Positions 12,709 to 26,465 are shown, counted from the stretch's first letter. The stretch is 64,000 nt of DNA from Syncephalis fuscata S228 (GCA_025786725.1 JAHLTZ010000005.1:248001-312000), one strand, 5' to 3'. The notes: generated by a model from the letters alone, not told the origin. Numbers and translations: made by a program.

Positions 12709-13770
12709 CTATTATTGTTATAGTCTTAGTTTAAGGCATTCTTTTTTATCATATATAACACTTTAGTAAAGCTATAGTTAAATTTGTATGATAAATACAA
12801 CACTATTTTATAAGTATGCACAGAGCTGTACTTTATTGATGCAAATAACTGTCTATATAGTATTTGCTGATATCAATGGTTTAAATTAATTTGTTGTATG
12901 ATTGCTGTCGAATGCTTAATAGAATTCAATATTGTGTAATATAACCAATTATAGGCTATTTGGAAATCAGGTGCTTTATAATTATACTATCATCTCCATT
13001 GCACTGATAATATATAATCAGTATATAATATTTTTAACAATCGTAAAATAACGTTTTATTTAATAAATTGTGTAACATGTTGCTACGAACACTAAATATA
13101 ATAATTTGATTACATGATTGAATTATATACATATTACCATATTTGGTAATTGTCATTAATTTGACATATAGTCACGTGACTTAGTCAGGTACAACGCTTG
13201 TGTAGCTTTTACTTAGCACGTGGCTAGTATCCCAATTAACAGAATAAGTAAATAAGTCAGGACCTTTACAGGGGGCCTGCCAGCTTTATTTAATATCTAA
13301 TACAGAACATGGGTACTAATTTACTTTAAGCAACTTAATACCCATATACAACACCGAAAGGAAGAAACGAACAAGTTCTTCCTTCACAAATATCTCTTAA
13401 CTTTAGCTTATTTTAGTATAAAAAAGCACATAATTTTAGCATTTTAAATAAACATTATCAGTTACTTCAGCTCATTTTTCTTAAGTTTTATTACAAATAT
13501 TATTTAGCTTACTATTTTCTAAGCTAATATAATCGCTAATTACTCAAGAAATTTAGTAGCTTATAAACCATCGCAGGTCTAGTAAGCAACAAGGTAACAA
13601 TGTATAAAACAGCTAACTAATTAATACAATAGAATAAAGTGAAGGGCAATAATTTATTATAAAATGGGCAAATTATGTATGTGTATACATAGAGAACGTG
13701 TGCCAACAGATATTTGAGTATATATACCGAGTAATATTCAAATATTCTTATTTCTAGACTCACAACAACG

Positions 13771-14535
13771 TAAAACAAAGCAAATTGCTTGATATTCTGC
13801 ACAAGTATACATACAACATATAGGTAGCCATTGGTAAAGTATACCGCAATTGTATTATAAGCTGATATCATGGTTGCAATAATACACTAACAAATGTACA
13901 AAAATAGCAGTTTTTTACAAATCATGGCTTACATAACTAAAATACAGCAAAATGGTTGCTGGATTCGAGTTCTCCGTGCTTAGTTATACAGACTGGGTTG
14001 ATTTACATAACAATGATTTTTGCAACAAAAGTTAGTCAAAAATGCAATTTACGTAAATATCATTGAGAAGCAATTAAAGTTTGATGGTTTTAAAGATTTA
14101 ATATTAAAAGTGAAAATTGGTATAAAGTAAATTTAAAGCACGCTACAGCATAAAAACAAGCATAATAGCAAATTAGTATACAAAAATATCAATGCACAGT
14201 AGCAATCTATGCTATTGATATACATATAACAGATTTTGGTTAACTAATTTACACGTAAATTGCATTTTGACTAACTTTTGTTGCAAAAATCATTGTTCTG
14301 TAAACCATACCAGTCTGTATAACTAAGCACGGAGAACTCGAATCCAGCAACATTTTTGCTGTATTTTAGTTATGTAAGCCATGATTTGTAAAAAACTGCT
14401 ATTTTTGTACATTTGTTAGTGTATTATTGCAACCATGATATCAGCTTATAATACAATTGCGGTATACTTTACCAATGGCTACCTGTATGTTGTATGTATA
14501 CTTGTGCAGAATATCAAGCAATTTGCTTTATTTTA
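13771..14535. mobile_element. Foldback/MITE-like structure: ~285 bp inverted arms with ~195 bp spacer
   Basis: 13771-~14055 is the reverse complement of ~14253-14535 with few mismatches (e.g. GGATTCGAGTTCTCCGTGCTTAG vs CTAAGCACGGAGAACTCGAATCC). Confidence 0.8.
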
Positions 14536-15314
14536 TGTAAAATCATAATAATTACTATTGGTTTTTAATTTGAACTCACTGAATTACATCACTAAATTAC
14601 ATAAGTTATATTTTTACATTGACACGATGGTTTCCCATTTTATATTTGTAAGCTAGCGCTCTATTTACATTTAAAACGTTACAACTATACTAGCCTATTT
14701 TTCAGCGGTCATAACTATTAGAAGTAAAAATATACTATTTTACAACAGCCATATTGCTACTATCTTGCTACTATGCCCATACTGCTATGAGAATGTGTCT
14801 AATAAACACAGCATGTGCCTAAACAGTTTGTTAAGATTACATGTAGATATTCATAATAATAATAAATACATTAATTAGCAGCACTAATTACTAACAATAA
14901 ACAACTATTAAATAGTATAGCAAGTAAATATTTGTTCGTTGTAAACATACGAACAGTTGCATAAAGTGATATGCTGTGTTGATGATGAAATAATACAACC
15001 ATTCAGGCTTTATTATTGGTTATGTTTAATATAAAATGCTAACTTTATTTAATATCAGCAAAATATATTCATTCTAGTTCCATTTATTTTCTTTAATCCT
15101 ATACAAATTGTTCAATCTATTATGGCTAAGCCGTAGTAATTAATGGCCAATAATAAATGTTTATTATCGAATTAATATCGACTAGCCAACACATTGTATT
15201 CTAAATGTTAAGGTGAGCGCTAACAAGCATCATACAATAACATTATAGGATGTCGTCTGGATAATCCGTTTCTTAATCATCTACATTGTAACTTTCAATT
15301 AAAGTTGTAACAAT
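14506..15314 (+). repeat. Dispersed repeat family C, copy 1 (non-coding)
   Basis: Near-identical inverted copy at ~30143-30949. Confidence 0.9.
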
Positions 15315-15377
15315 GTGTAGTAGCTATTTATCATTGTTGTCTATTTTTATTAATTCTAGCTCTAGCTGAATTGTACT

Positions 15378-16023
15378 TTGACTCCCAAAGCAAATTTTAT
15401 TCCAATTGAAGTCATGTTGTTATGCACAACACAGCTATATTACTTTTATTAGAATATTGTTAATAAATTGATTTAAATAAAAAATATAACATACTATTTG
15501 ATTTCTTTGAAACACTTGAAGCCGATTATCGTTATTGTTGTTGTTGGCCATATGTAAAAAGATTGATTGAATATTAATAGAAGCCATATGATTGCAATTC
15601 CATATCGTTCTGTATTTGTTGTTGTTGCATCTATGTACAGCATGGATTATTGCATCTAAATGATCTATTCTATTTTCTAATATTCTACTGTTGCATTTTG
15701 GGCATATTTGTGATGTAAGATCAAGATTAATATAATTATTATAAATGTCGTTTATTAAACAGCCACTTCCTCTATAGCCAATCTGACTAAATAAATGGCA
15801 TTTGAACAATTAATATCATAATGACAATGTATATATATTAAGCAATAATAAAAATAACTAATTGATTACATTATTATACTGACAATTACACATGAATGAA
15901 CTAATGTTGGATGTAATATTATACATGTTATAGTAATGAATAGTGTTTAATTGTAACTAAAAGTATTAAGAAAATGAAGTGAAATGAGTAAATAGAAATG
16001 TTCAAGTCAAAGTAAAATAGCTC
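15378..16023 (-). mobile_element. Repeat family B, copy 2: Fanzor-relic element including the conserved 3' hairpin tail
   Basis: ORF 15435..15809 nearly identical to 2739..3146; downstream tail shared with copy 3 up to ...GAGTCAAA. Confidence 0.72.
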
Positions 16024-16114
16024 TCTAGTTCTAATCAATTTATTTATTGTTGTGGTTGTGATATATAAAATAATAAGTCATAATGAAAGGATACAAAAAA
16101 ATTTAAAGCTTCAA

Positions 16115-19100
16115 TTAATTTCGCAATGCATAGTCATAGCGGCCCACAAGTTTTACTAGCTCTTTCCCTGTAAATACCATGGATCGTGAAGCTTGTTCAT
16201 CTGTTACGGGCAGCAATAATCGTGCCAGATGTGTAGCCAGTGAACGATCCCGCGTTGGTCTACCTGGTCGGTCGGCCTCGCCCACCGGCGCATTGGCCGG
16301 TAGAGTACGATCTCTTTGCTCACGAATAGCTCGAGCTCGTTCTTCAATCATCGTACACCACGCCAATTGTCGGTCTCGTGATTCAACGCTAAATGAAAGT
16401 TTAACGGCTCTTCCTTGTCCCACGGCAACATCTCGCCAATGGCCAAGATCAAGGCGTGGTGCAGTTGCCGCTAATGGCAAATCGTCATCTTCATCGCCAC
16501 TATTCGCTTCCTGATGTGTACGTGATTGTGGCTGAAGTGATTTGCTGCCGTTTAATCCATTAGCTGGTGTTGGCAGTATCGCTTTTGATCCAGCTTGCTT
16601 CTTTAAGTCATAGCCATCTTGATTCGATGTCTGGGGTTGACGAAATATCGCAATTGGTAAATCTTCAAGTGAAAAAAAGGTTGATTCACATCGAATTCGG
16701 AATGCCCAACGCATAAACGACCTTTCAACTGATAGTGTACGCGGCGGAATAGGTGAGTAGCGTGAAGCATTCGGTCCCATCAATTCAAAGGCAATTACAC
16801 AACGGCCTACCGAAACACCTGTCAATGTGATACGTGCTTCACGATCTGCGGTAAATTCAACAATATCACTTGATGACCGTAGGCCATTTTCAGCCACCAC
16901 ACACAATTGCAAGTGTGGATCAGGATACGGCAACTGGATAACAATCTCTGGACTGGGTACCCGTACTGTAACACGTAATGGAAATGTGCCAACTGAAATC
17001 CATAATCGACCACTAGGATCAGTATCCTCTTCTTTGTCTAACGGTGCGGGTGTAGATGTTAAAACATTGGGTGCTAATGACTCAGTGCCATCATCTAATC
17101 GTATTGGACGGATCCATGTTGCTTCAAATGTATGGCGTAATAATAAATCAGGAATAAATAATGAATGCCCGTCATCTTCACGATGATTTGCAAATGTGCA
17201 TTTAAATAGCTGGCAGAAATCATCCAGTCGTGTAGTTGCTGTAGTTGTATCGGTAGTTGATACTGTCGCTATTTTTTGACTAGCCATTAATACAGTGTGT
17301 AGAAGAGCTATAGCAGCTCGACGACCTAGTCTATAATCTGGATTGGCTGTACGCCATCGATCGGCAATCATAACAATACAACGAGTACGGGCCTCTGGAT
17401 CTTCATTTACTGCTTCGGCCGGTCTATGTAGCTCCCATGTTCCATTGGATTCGCCTATATTGTCCGTATTATTAGCATCAAGACGTAAGGTAGAGCCAGA
17501 TGCTGTCGGTAATAACATATGACCGGCAACTAGACGTAGTAAATCAGGTAGCGGAATACCACGAGCTGGCAAACGTTCCATAAAAGCCGCAAATGCCGGT
17601 GTATTTTCTGGCCTAGATATTAATAGACCCACTTTGCGTCTATCCAATCCACGTGTACGCAGTAGAAATCCAGCTACACTAGCAGCATCTCGTCGGAGCA
17701 AATTCTTTTTTATAAGTTGATGTATAGCTCGGTATGGATGTGCAGTAAATTGTTGTACGGCTTTACAAACTTCTGGGTCTAGTAGTTTTGATAGATCAGG
17801 TGGTGACATTGCTTCTTCCCGCATTAATGCCATGCTTACATCGCCTAATGGAATAATGGCTCGACATTGAAAACGGCAATCTAGATTACACGCGTCTAAT
17901 TGCTGGCCTTCAGGAAGAATTGGTTTAACTATTATTAATAAATCAGGGAATAAGAAAAGCATTCTATCTTTAACAGTACGCGATGTAATAACTTGTAAAA
18001 CTGGACCAAAGCGTAATAAACGCCGTTTATGTGTATCGCTCATTTCTTCGCCAGCTGGTCGATGTTGCGGCGATAGCGGACTTTTTAATGGTTCGTGTAA
18101 GCCATCTGGATCTTCAAGATCTATATAATTTGCTGTTGATACGGGCTTTGTCTTTGATACAGATGACGAAACACCTCGTACACTATCCTCGCTACCACGA
18201 CGAACATTATTTATTTTGCCAAATTGTGTATTATTGGTCGGTGCCAATCGTTCAAGTGATCTAGAGACACGTTTACGTGCTATCGCAGCTGGTTTTAAAT
18301 GCTTCCTAGTAGGTGAACGACCACGTGAATCAGCTTGTTTGCCGCTTCGATTCGCTTTTGATCGCATTTCTTGTTGCGTATTCAATGCGGTTCCAACTGA
18401 CAGGCCTAATTGTTGCAATTTTATTAATATTAATATTAAATATACCTATTCTATTTATATACTTACCTTCCTTTTTACTATTGCCATTATTATTAATGCT
18501 AACATTACTTGCATTATTTATAGTATTATTAGCATTATTTTGCAATTTAGATAGTGGCGGTGTAGGAGTCGATGATGCTTTGACCACCTTTTCAGCACTA
18601 TTAGCACGTGCATTAGTAGGCTGACGAGCTAATGGCCGTTGAGAGGTACGTTCATCAGGCGTTTTTGATCGCGACACCATAGGTGTTATATTTTGATGCT
18701 GTACAGTGGATAGATTTGGTGCTGATGGATTTCGGCTATGATTTAGCCCAGTAGTTGGTACACTAAGCATTGGATTTGCTCGAGTGTTGGCTGCCTGGGC
18801 ATATGTTTTTGAACTTTTAGATAGATTACTAAACGATTGGCTGCCATTAACAGAAGTACTGGATGATAAAGCAAATGGTAATCCACGCTGTGATAAATAC
18901 AACTCCTCCTCTGGACTAGCAGAGAAATTGGTTGCAGCAAGTGGCTGTTTTTTAGCTAAAGAATTGCCATCTTGAAGTGGCTGTAGAAATGATGAAAAAG
19001 ATGTACTAGTTAAATCAAGAGGTGGAATATACGCAGGATCTGTGTATGATCGATCAGGTACAGTATTTGATGCTGCCAAGTGACAGATTGGCACTAGTCC

Positions 19101-20303
19101 AGGTGGGTCCTGTGGCTGTGATGCGGGTAATGGCGGCATTGACTTCTCCTTTGTTCCATCAATGTGATAAGTGGGTACTGGTGATGTAGATGCCATGCGA
19201 GGTGGTGTCCTAGTGATGTATGTATCGCCTTTGCTGCGTGTTTCATGCTGTCTATGAACACCATGCTGCATAATAGAGGCTAATTCTTTGCGTGCACCTC
19301 CTAGTGATCCATTTGACAAATTGGCATATCTATCCGTCAAGACTGGCTGATTAATATCTTGCAACTCTGGCATGGATGGTGATTTAGCCATTGTATCTTG
19401 TAGCTCATCTTCATTTTTGATATAAACTGCATCAATGGCCGTACGCGGAACTCGACGGCTTTGTTCACGCGTACGACTAGAAGGAGCAGTTGGTGATCGA
19501 GTAATATCATTAATAACTCCTGTATCTTTTGGCGGTACGCCTCCAGCCATCGCAGGACTTGTAACTGATCGACGAACTGTAGCACCGGCCTGTGTGCGTT
19601 TATACATTGAAGTAGACGGCATTTGTGATTGTGCTATAGATAGCTCGGGCGCAACTTTGGTCAATATGCTGGCCCATTTTTCAGGAGAACCGCTTAATAG
19701 ACCGGCTTGGCAGTCCTCTTCTTCATCTGTGTCCAATTCAAAGCTTTCAACTGCCTCGCCAAATCCCCAGCCAGTAAAAGAGCCTAAAGCTGATGGACCC
19801 GTTCCTATTGTGCCGGCAATACGAGTACTCCACATAGCCAATGGACTGGCCGTTGATCGCATTACCTCTATTCCTCCACGTGCCGTAATATAGTCCACAG
19901 CACTAAGTGGTTGTTCAAATGGCGTACGCGGACTAGTTTCACACGGCAATGCCTCGTGATTCGGTATAGGTATAGAGCCGGCCCCGCCGTCAGTGTTCAT
20001 ATGTAATCGTAGCGGCTTTCTGTCATGAGTGTCTGTCAAAAGTCCTCCATTTTGGGGTGATAAGCCCGCCTTATCTTTAACTGCTTCTTTTGGCTTAAAT
20101 TGGGTAGAACCACCAGTAAGACGCGGTTGTGAATGTGGTGGCCTTGGGCTTAGTGTTGTTTTAGAGTCGATATTTAGTCTAGAAGATGTGGCTTCAGACC
20201 CGCGAACGCCATTAGCTGTAGACGGTGCGTCGGTCAACGTTGCGGATGCATTGGCGATAACTGCTGTATTTGCCGTGTGCGCTCGAGGCCGCGGCGTCGT
20301 CAT
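16115..20303 (-). CDS. Large protein: disordered N-terminus, then a PH domain split by a degenerate Sec7-like domain; intron 18406-18466
   Basis: A GTAAGT..TTAG intron joins ORFs 18330..20348 and 16115..18418 in frame (KKEG-LSVG); PH N-half RRLLRFG..RMLFLFPDLLIIVKP; Sec7-like FTAHPYRAIHQL..VAGFLLRTRGLDRRKVG; PH C-half FSVESRDRQLAW. Confidence 0.75.
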
Positions 20304-23300
20304 CTCACCGTTAAAAGCTTTAGTAAATACTGGGCACTTGGTACACACAACGGTGCGCTATGCCAATGTTTCAAGAATTTAAAAAGAAATTCCAGCGAAA
20401 TACGATAGGCCAAAACCAGCAATACTATCGTAAATAGATAAGCTGGCTATTCCTTGAATTCCCCGTATATGTGTGTATGTATGAATGTATTTATACTAAC
20501 CTAGTTTGATAGCTATTCATAAAGCGAGACGATCAGCTCCGGACGGAATAGATAGCCCGTACAAAGCATAGGCCGAGAAAACACTAACAACGCTATTCTT
20601 ATACAAGTCCGCAGGAATTCAGTCAAAAAAAACCTCAACAAACAACAGAACGCAAATTAAAATGCTTGAATGCTATTATCCCAAAACACCGCGCGACGTA
20701 TGCGTACGCAGGTGTGCTTAATGATGGCTGATGAAAAAGCAGCTGCGAAATAGTCGGCAATCAAAGATGAAGGTGCAGTGAGAAAGGAAAGAGGGGCAAA
20801 AAAATACAAGAAAGTCAGGGGAAACGCACTTGTACACACACACGCGCGCACCTGCTGTAGATACCATCAAAATGTTGGTGTTAAACATAAAGCAAGATGG
20901 CTCATAAAAACAAAGAATAAGGCAAGGATATTCTTAGTTGGTCTGGGCCTGCTGCAGATCACTGAATTCTGCCGCTGCTGCAACTATTTCTGTTGATGCC
21001 TTTTATTTATACGTGCTGTCGGTGAAACGCAGTCAAGACCCAGTAAAGTGTAAATATAGCAAAGCTATTAATAAAAAGTACTATTTAAGCTATTGGTCAG
21101 GAATTGCATCTGATAAAGCAGAAATTATTTATAAATTCCCTTAACGGTATTGATAAATAATAAAAGGAATTTAATAAATGGAAGATAATTGAAATTATGA
21201 TTATAGTAACAAGCACGATAATTGTTTCATTCATTTAATTGTTCATCCATTAAAATGCATTGTTACAGTTCCTTAGACAAAGTTGTAACAAAAACAATTA
21301 AACAACAAGCTAGCCTTGTAGTAGTCTATATTACTGGTTACTTTTAATATGTCGATAGGTAATTAAGCCAATAATTTATTTAACAATTGAAATATTAAAG
21401 TTAGTTTAATAGGTTTTTTATCTAATTACAGTTATCATTATTAAGGTAATACAGTACACTCTAGGGCAATTCTGACAATTAAACTAAAATATAATGAAGA
21501 TAAAAAAGTCAACTACCTACTTAAAATACCGTAAACGGCTGTTTTATATCATGTATTATTTATTTTAGTTACTAACAATTACTATAATAAAGAATAAAAG
21601 ATAAAAATTGTATATGTGATTAAAGTCATACATGCTGTTGTTGAATTATGTAACATTTAATGTTTAAATAGTGAGCCGATAAATACGTTTTAATTAAGCA
21701 ACATTTCAGCTAACGCTTAAAAATAAAGTTATAATTAATTGGATAAAATAGCAAATATAACAACATTTTACCATATTATCCATACAATACCTTTATTGAA
21801 TGAGCCTTACTTTTATTTATCTAAAGTCAATCATTAAACATTATGTTTATTTACTCAAATAATAAAGTTGATCTGATAATAAGCAAGACCCGTGCTGATT
21901 TTGGTTATTCAAGTTACAGAATCCCAGCAATAGTGAACAAAACAATGTTTATTATTTTATATTTGCTTTAGTTAGATTTTAGATTATTTTTGTATTAAAG
22001 CCGTCGTCTTATAGTCTATTTACTGTTAAACAGATATAGTGTTTTTTTGACTAGCGTTACTTTTATATTTTTATCTGCCAATTGCATTGTGTAATTATAA
22101 ACTGTATTGCGGTGGCAGAGTTTTTCATCGCCACCTCGTATAATGGTTACTGTTGGATTAATATGATATACTATTATACTCGCTTCTTTTCTCATTTTCT
22201 AATAACAGTTTTATTTGCATTGTAATTAATGCAAACATTAACTAATAATATAGATAATTTTAAGATAACAAAAATGCAAAATAAAATGATTTGTATTCAT
22301 AGTTATCATTAGTATTTCATATTACATTTATTGGTATGGATCATGTGTTTTGCTGGCACATCTCTCAAGTTATATAGTCACATGATATAATCATGTGATG
22401 GCAATTGCAGTATCACAGATATGCATGTTTGAGTATATTGCAGTTACAATAATTGGATAGCTTATCAGTCTATACGATTATAAAGAGTCTTTGTAACCTG
22501 TTATAGACTTTGGGCAATAAAGGCATTAACAAATGGCTGTAGAACCCGGTAGTTTTATAACTATGCAAGTACGTATAGCTATTACAAACAGTGCACTCCC
22601 AGTGTATTCACCTAAATATTTGTTTATGCCAATAGTTTGCAAGGAGCCATAGGCAAAGCAAGAGTCGGATCAAAACAATGCCATGTCTTGGTTACATTAA
22701 AATGATGTGATTAGATGGATATGACTCGATTGTAGTACAGACCCGTGTTAGCCAGCAGGTATGGTATTACCTTCATTTACAAAACACACAGTCGTACCCG
22801 TATCAAGAGCACGCACTCGGTTTTAATTAGCCATTACCATTTTTTTCAAAAAATACGGTAAGCCATATGCAATAACTATCATTTGTGTAATATTACAATC
22901 ATATGACTTTATTAATTGCATCCTAAAATTGCTGGTGCCGTGTCATTTTTTCATTATGCGTTCCAAGCATTTGCTTAAACAATAGAATGTGTAACAGAAG
23001 ACTCGTGACATTGTGAAATAGAAAATGACATGGCTAAGGCCAATACTGTGTGGATTGGGGATGTCGTTCTACCATTGTGATGATGATGAGACGGCTGATA
23101 ATGGAATGGCGTGCCCACTACAGGACAGTACGTGGTCTTGAAACTACAATAAATGTGATTTCGTGGTGCGCAGTTTCAATGATGAAATATGAGAAAAGTA
23201 AACAAGCTCGTGCATGTAGGAAGGTAGTCGTGTCACCATGCTGAGCAATAGATCGTCAGCGCTTAACACTCCAGCAACTACAAAAGAGCGCGTTTTGTCG

Positions 23301-23621
23301 CTCCAACATCAGTTTGACAATTAAATCATTTACGCTATCTCTTCGAACAATCCACTCTTAACAAACATCACGTTACTTTCATCGCGCTTTATTTTTGTTT
23401 GCTTTCGATTTCACGCTTAACGTTAACTATCCACGCCAATCGTAGCAACACCCCGATACGCCTAACAACAACAACAACAACAACACATCTATCCTAGTCA
23501 CCAACACAACAACAGCGTTTATTGCTTCATTCACACAAGCCTGTTTATTTTATTTGCAACTTTCCGTTTGATTTTGTCACTGTCACTTTTGGTGTTATTC
23601 TATCTTTCCACTTTTATCATC

Positions 23622-24842
23622 ATGTATTCCGGATACGCCATCCTTGCTGCCTGCGCCTTAATGGCCGCCGTTGGAGTACACGCCGCTCCCGCCGATCCAG
23701 CTGCTGCCAAGCAATTTGCTGCATTGCCATTTGCACCAAGTAAATTCTCTCCTGAAGGTTTCCCACTCAATGAAAAGGGTGACGAGTTTCATTTGATTCA
23801 AAAAGATGCCAACCAGGCTCCAGTCTGGATGCCAGAGTCGCAAGTATGGGATCTTAAGAAAAAGGATAGTGAATTCATGGATGTTACCTTTCAGCCTAAT
23901 TTGGCTGACAAGGCAGAAGAAACACGTCGTTCCCAGGTTCGCAAAGGCTCCAACCTGGTTGCAGAGCCAGCAGGCACACTAACACACACGAAGGAAGCTA
24001 AACCCATCGTCGACAGTTGTAATACTACCTTAATGAAATCAGCTTTAGGCAAGCTAGTAACATTCAAAAATCGCTACTATCGCTCTCCCACCGGTACAGA
24101 ATCGGCCAACTGGTTGTTCGGCACTGTCCAAGGTTTGGCAAAAAACGCCAAGGACGGCGTTAAGATTAACGTAACCCAATTCAAGCATCGGTTTAACCAA
24201 CCTTCCGTCATTGCACGAATTGAAGGCGAGGCTGGCCAGGTTGAAACCGTCATTGTTGGCGCGCATCAAGACTCAATTAATGGAGACAATCCACTTAACG
24301 GGGTTGCGCCCGGTGCTGATGACGATGGCTCCGGCACTGTGTCGATTCTTGAGGCATTCCGCGCCATAGTTGACTCTGGATTCAAGCCAAAGCGCCCAAT
24401 TGAATTCCATTGGTATGCTGGTGAGGAGGCAGGTCTACTTGGATCACAAGACGTTGCCGCCAGCTATCAAAGAGCCGGTCGTAAGGTAGCCGGCATGTTG
24501 CAAATGGACATGACCGGCACTCCAGCCAATGGTCGTCCCAACGAAATTGGTATGATTTCCGATAACGTCAATTCGGACCTTACGCAAACGGTCGAGAAAC
24601 TTGTCGGTCAGTTTGTACCAGATGTTACAAGCAAGCGATTCCGTTGTGGCTATGGCTGCTCTGACCACGCCTCATGGACCAAGGCTGGCTACAAGAGCGC
24701 ATTTCCATTCGAATCGGCCGGCTTGCATGACAACGACAACATCCACACAACAGAAGACACCATCGAAAAGGTCAGCTTTGATCATGCCGTTCGATTCAGC
24801 AAGATTGCTGTTGGCTTTGCTGTCGAATTATCGCTTCAATAA
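23622..24842 (+). CDS. Secreted M28 leucyl aminopeptidase (LAP1-like), intronless
   Basis: Signal peptide; GAHQDSIN, PGADDDGSG, FHWYAGEEAGLLGS, QMDMTG, CGYGCSDHASW, IHT metal-binding motifs. Confidence 0.95.
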   Translation: MYSGYAILAACALMAAVGVHAAPADPAAAKQFAALPFAPSKFSPEGFPLNEKGDEFHLIQKDANQAPVWMPESQVWDLKKKDSEFMDVTFQPNLADKAEETRRSQVRKGSNLVAEPAGTLTHTKEAKPIVDSCNTTLMKSALGKLVTFKNRYYRSPTGTESANWLFGTVQGLAKNAKDGVKINVTQFKHRFNQPSVIARIEGEAGQVETVIVGAHQDSINGDNPLNGVAPGADDDGSGTVSILEAFRAIVDSGFKPKRPIEFHWYAGEEAGLLGSQDVAASYQRAGRKVAGMLQMDMTGTPANGRPNEIGMISDNVNSDLTQTVEKLVGQFVPDVTSKRFRCGYGCSDHASWTKAGYKSAFPFESAGLHDNDNIHTTEDTIEKVSFDHAVRFSKIAVGFAVELSLQ

Positions 24843-25059
24843 TCATATTATTGGCAATCTGCTAATCTAATTATTAATAATGATGTTACGAATAGTATTG
24901 ATGAATAAATATAATCAATTTAAATGACAATCAACTACTTATCACCACCATTATTAGCAATTATCTATTTACTATTACTCAATTTCATAATTGTATACAA
25001 TGCGTGTCGGTTAACATCATTATAAACAATTTATTAGCAATTCATTATCAATGTAATTA

Positions 25060-25560
25060 TAATTTGGGGTGTCAATTGACTAAACTTGATAATAATTGCG
25101 CAATTGAACTAGACTTTTGTTCTATTGAAGATGAAGCCAGACGGTAAGTTTTATTTATGATCAAAATACTTATCATCGTAGATTCATTATCCGGTACACA
25201 TATATCCTCTATCCATATGTATCATTCCTATTTCATTCCACACTACTATATATCATTCTATGACATACTAGACACATTCTATTGTTTATATGCTCCAATA
25301 TACTTCATTCGCTCCACTCATTACGTTATACACACTGTAACTTTAGCATTATTTTATATACTTTCCCACCGTACATTTGTCATTCTATATACTATTCTAT
25401 AATCGTATAGCCTTCCTGCATCCAAAGCTGGTCTTATTTTTGTTCTAGCTTTATTATTTATAAGTGTCGGCTAATTCCGCTCATTGATCATGCATATATG
25501 CTCAATAACTTTAACATGGCTAATCGTCGTTCAATATTGTATATTCATTCTACTATTTAT
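25060..25560 (+). repeat. Diverged member of repeat family A
   Basis: Shares blocks such as TTGTTCTAGCTTTATTATTTATAA and CTAATTCCGCTCATTG.TCATGCATATATGCTCAATAACT with 2500-2600. Confidence 0.75.
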
Positions 25561-26340
25561 CGTTTTTTATACAACCGTGCACTTTCTATCTAGCTAAGCC
25601 AGCGTTAGTGCCATTATAACAATGCTATTTGAACTCATCTCTACATAGCACAGACTATATGCACCACGCTTATTTGTTTTCCTTTCCTTTCCGTTACTTT
25701 ACCATCACACTCTTTCTTTCTATTTCTTATTTACACTTGCAATCTGTATTCTTTATTCATCTTACAATCATAATCGTAAGTAGACCTCACTATATGCAAG
25801 TCACACTTGAGTATATCTTCCCTTTCTTCGTATCATCATGCTTGCTTTGTTGTTATTGTCCCAATGAACATTATTTCATTGGTTGAATACACATTCTGTA
25901 TGTATGCTAGTCATCTACACTATATGTCTTTCCAATGCTGCCCACACATATCGTTTAATGCACTGCGTTGCTCTACCATTTGCTACAGCTATCGGCTAGT
26001 ATTTATATTCTATAACTATAGATAGATTGCACTACACTACTTTTTATTGTTTTTGTTGTTGTGTAACTACTGACTCCTTGCTATGAATATTTATTGCATT
26101 GTGTTGATAACAATAGTAGCTATAGTAGTAGTAACTATACTAGTAGATTACATGCATATACTGTGATCATTATCATATACCTATTTTTTATACGTATAGT
26201 ATCCATAGTGATTGTTATTTTTGTGCGCAGTGTCTTATTTTACATTTGATGCAATATCGGGATGACCATATAGCAATATCTGCAATATATTTACGTAAAT
26301 CGAAAATTTTGAATCCGACTTAAAAAACTGCCTTCACTCC

Positions 26341-26459
26341 AACTACGTTCATTGCGCCTAGAAAGCACCGGATCCCGTCTGATCTCCGAAGTTAAGTTAG
26401 GCCGCGCTTCTGTAGTACTGCGGTGGGGGACCACGCGGGAATGAGAAGTAATGTAGTTT
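26341..26459 (+). rRNA. 5S ribosomal RNA gene (dispersed copy)
   Basis: ~119 nt; 5' AACTACG pairs with 3' TGTAGTT (helix I); hallmark GCACCGGATCCCGTCTGATCTCCGAAGTTAAG and AGTACTGCGGTGGGGGACCACGCGGGAA blocks. Confidence 0.95.
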
Positions 26460-26465
26460 CAGTAT

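Noticed and set aside
13071-13599. Solo LTR (TGTAAC...GTAACA with TATA-like and AATAAA signals)
   Set aside because: Terminal repeats are imperfect, there is no matching target-site duplication, and no second copy is in the window.
13955-13985. tRNA/SINE B-box-like GGATTCGAGTTC in the foldback arm
   Set aside because: No cloverleaf or convincing A box could be built around it.
18330-18470. Apparent frameshift between the 672 aa and 767 aa ORFs
   Set aside because: Explained by a canonical 61 nt intron (18406-18466).
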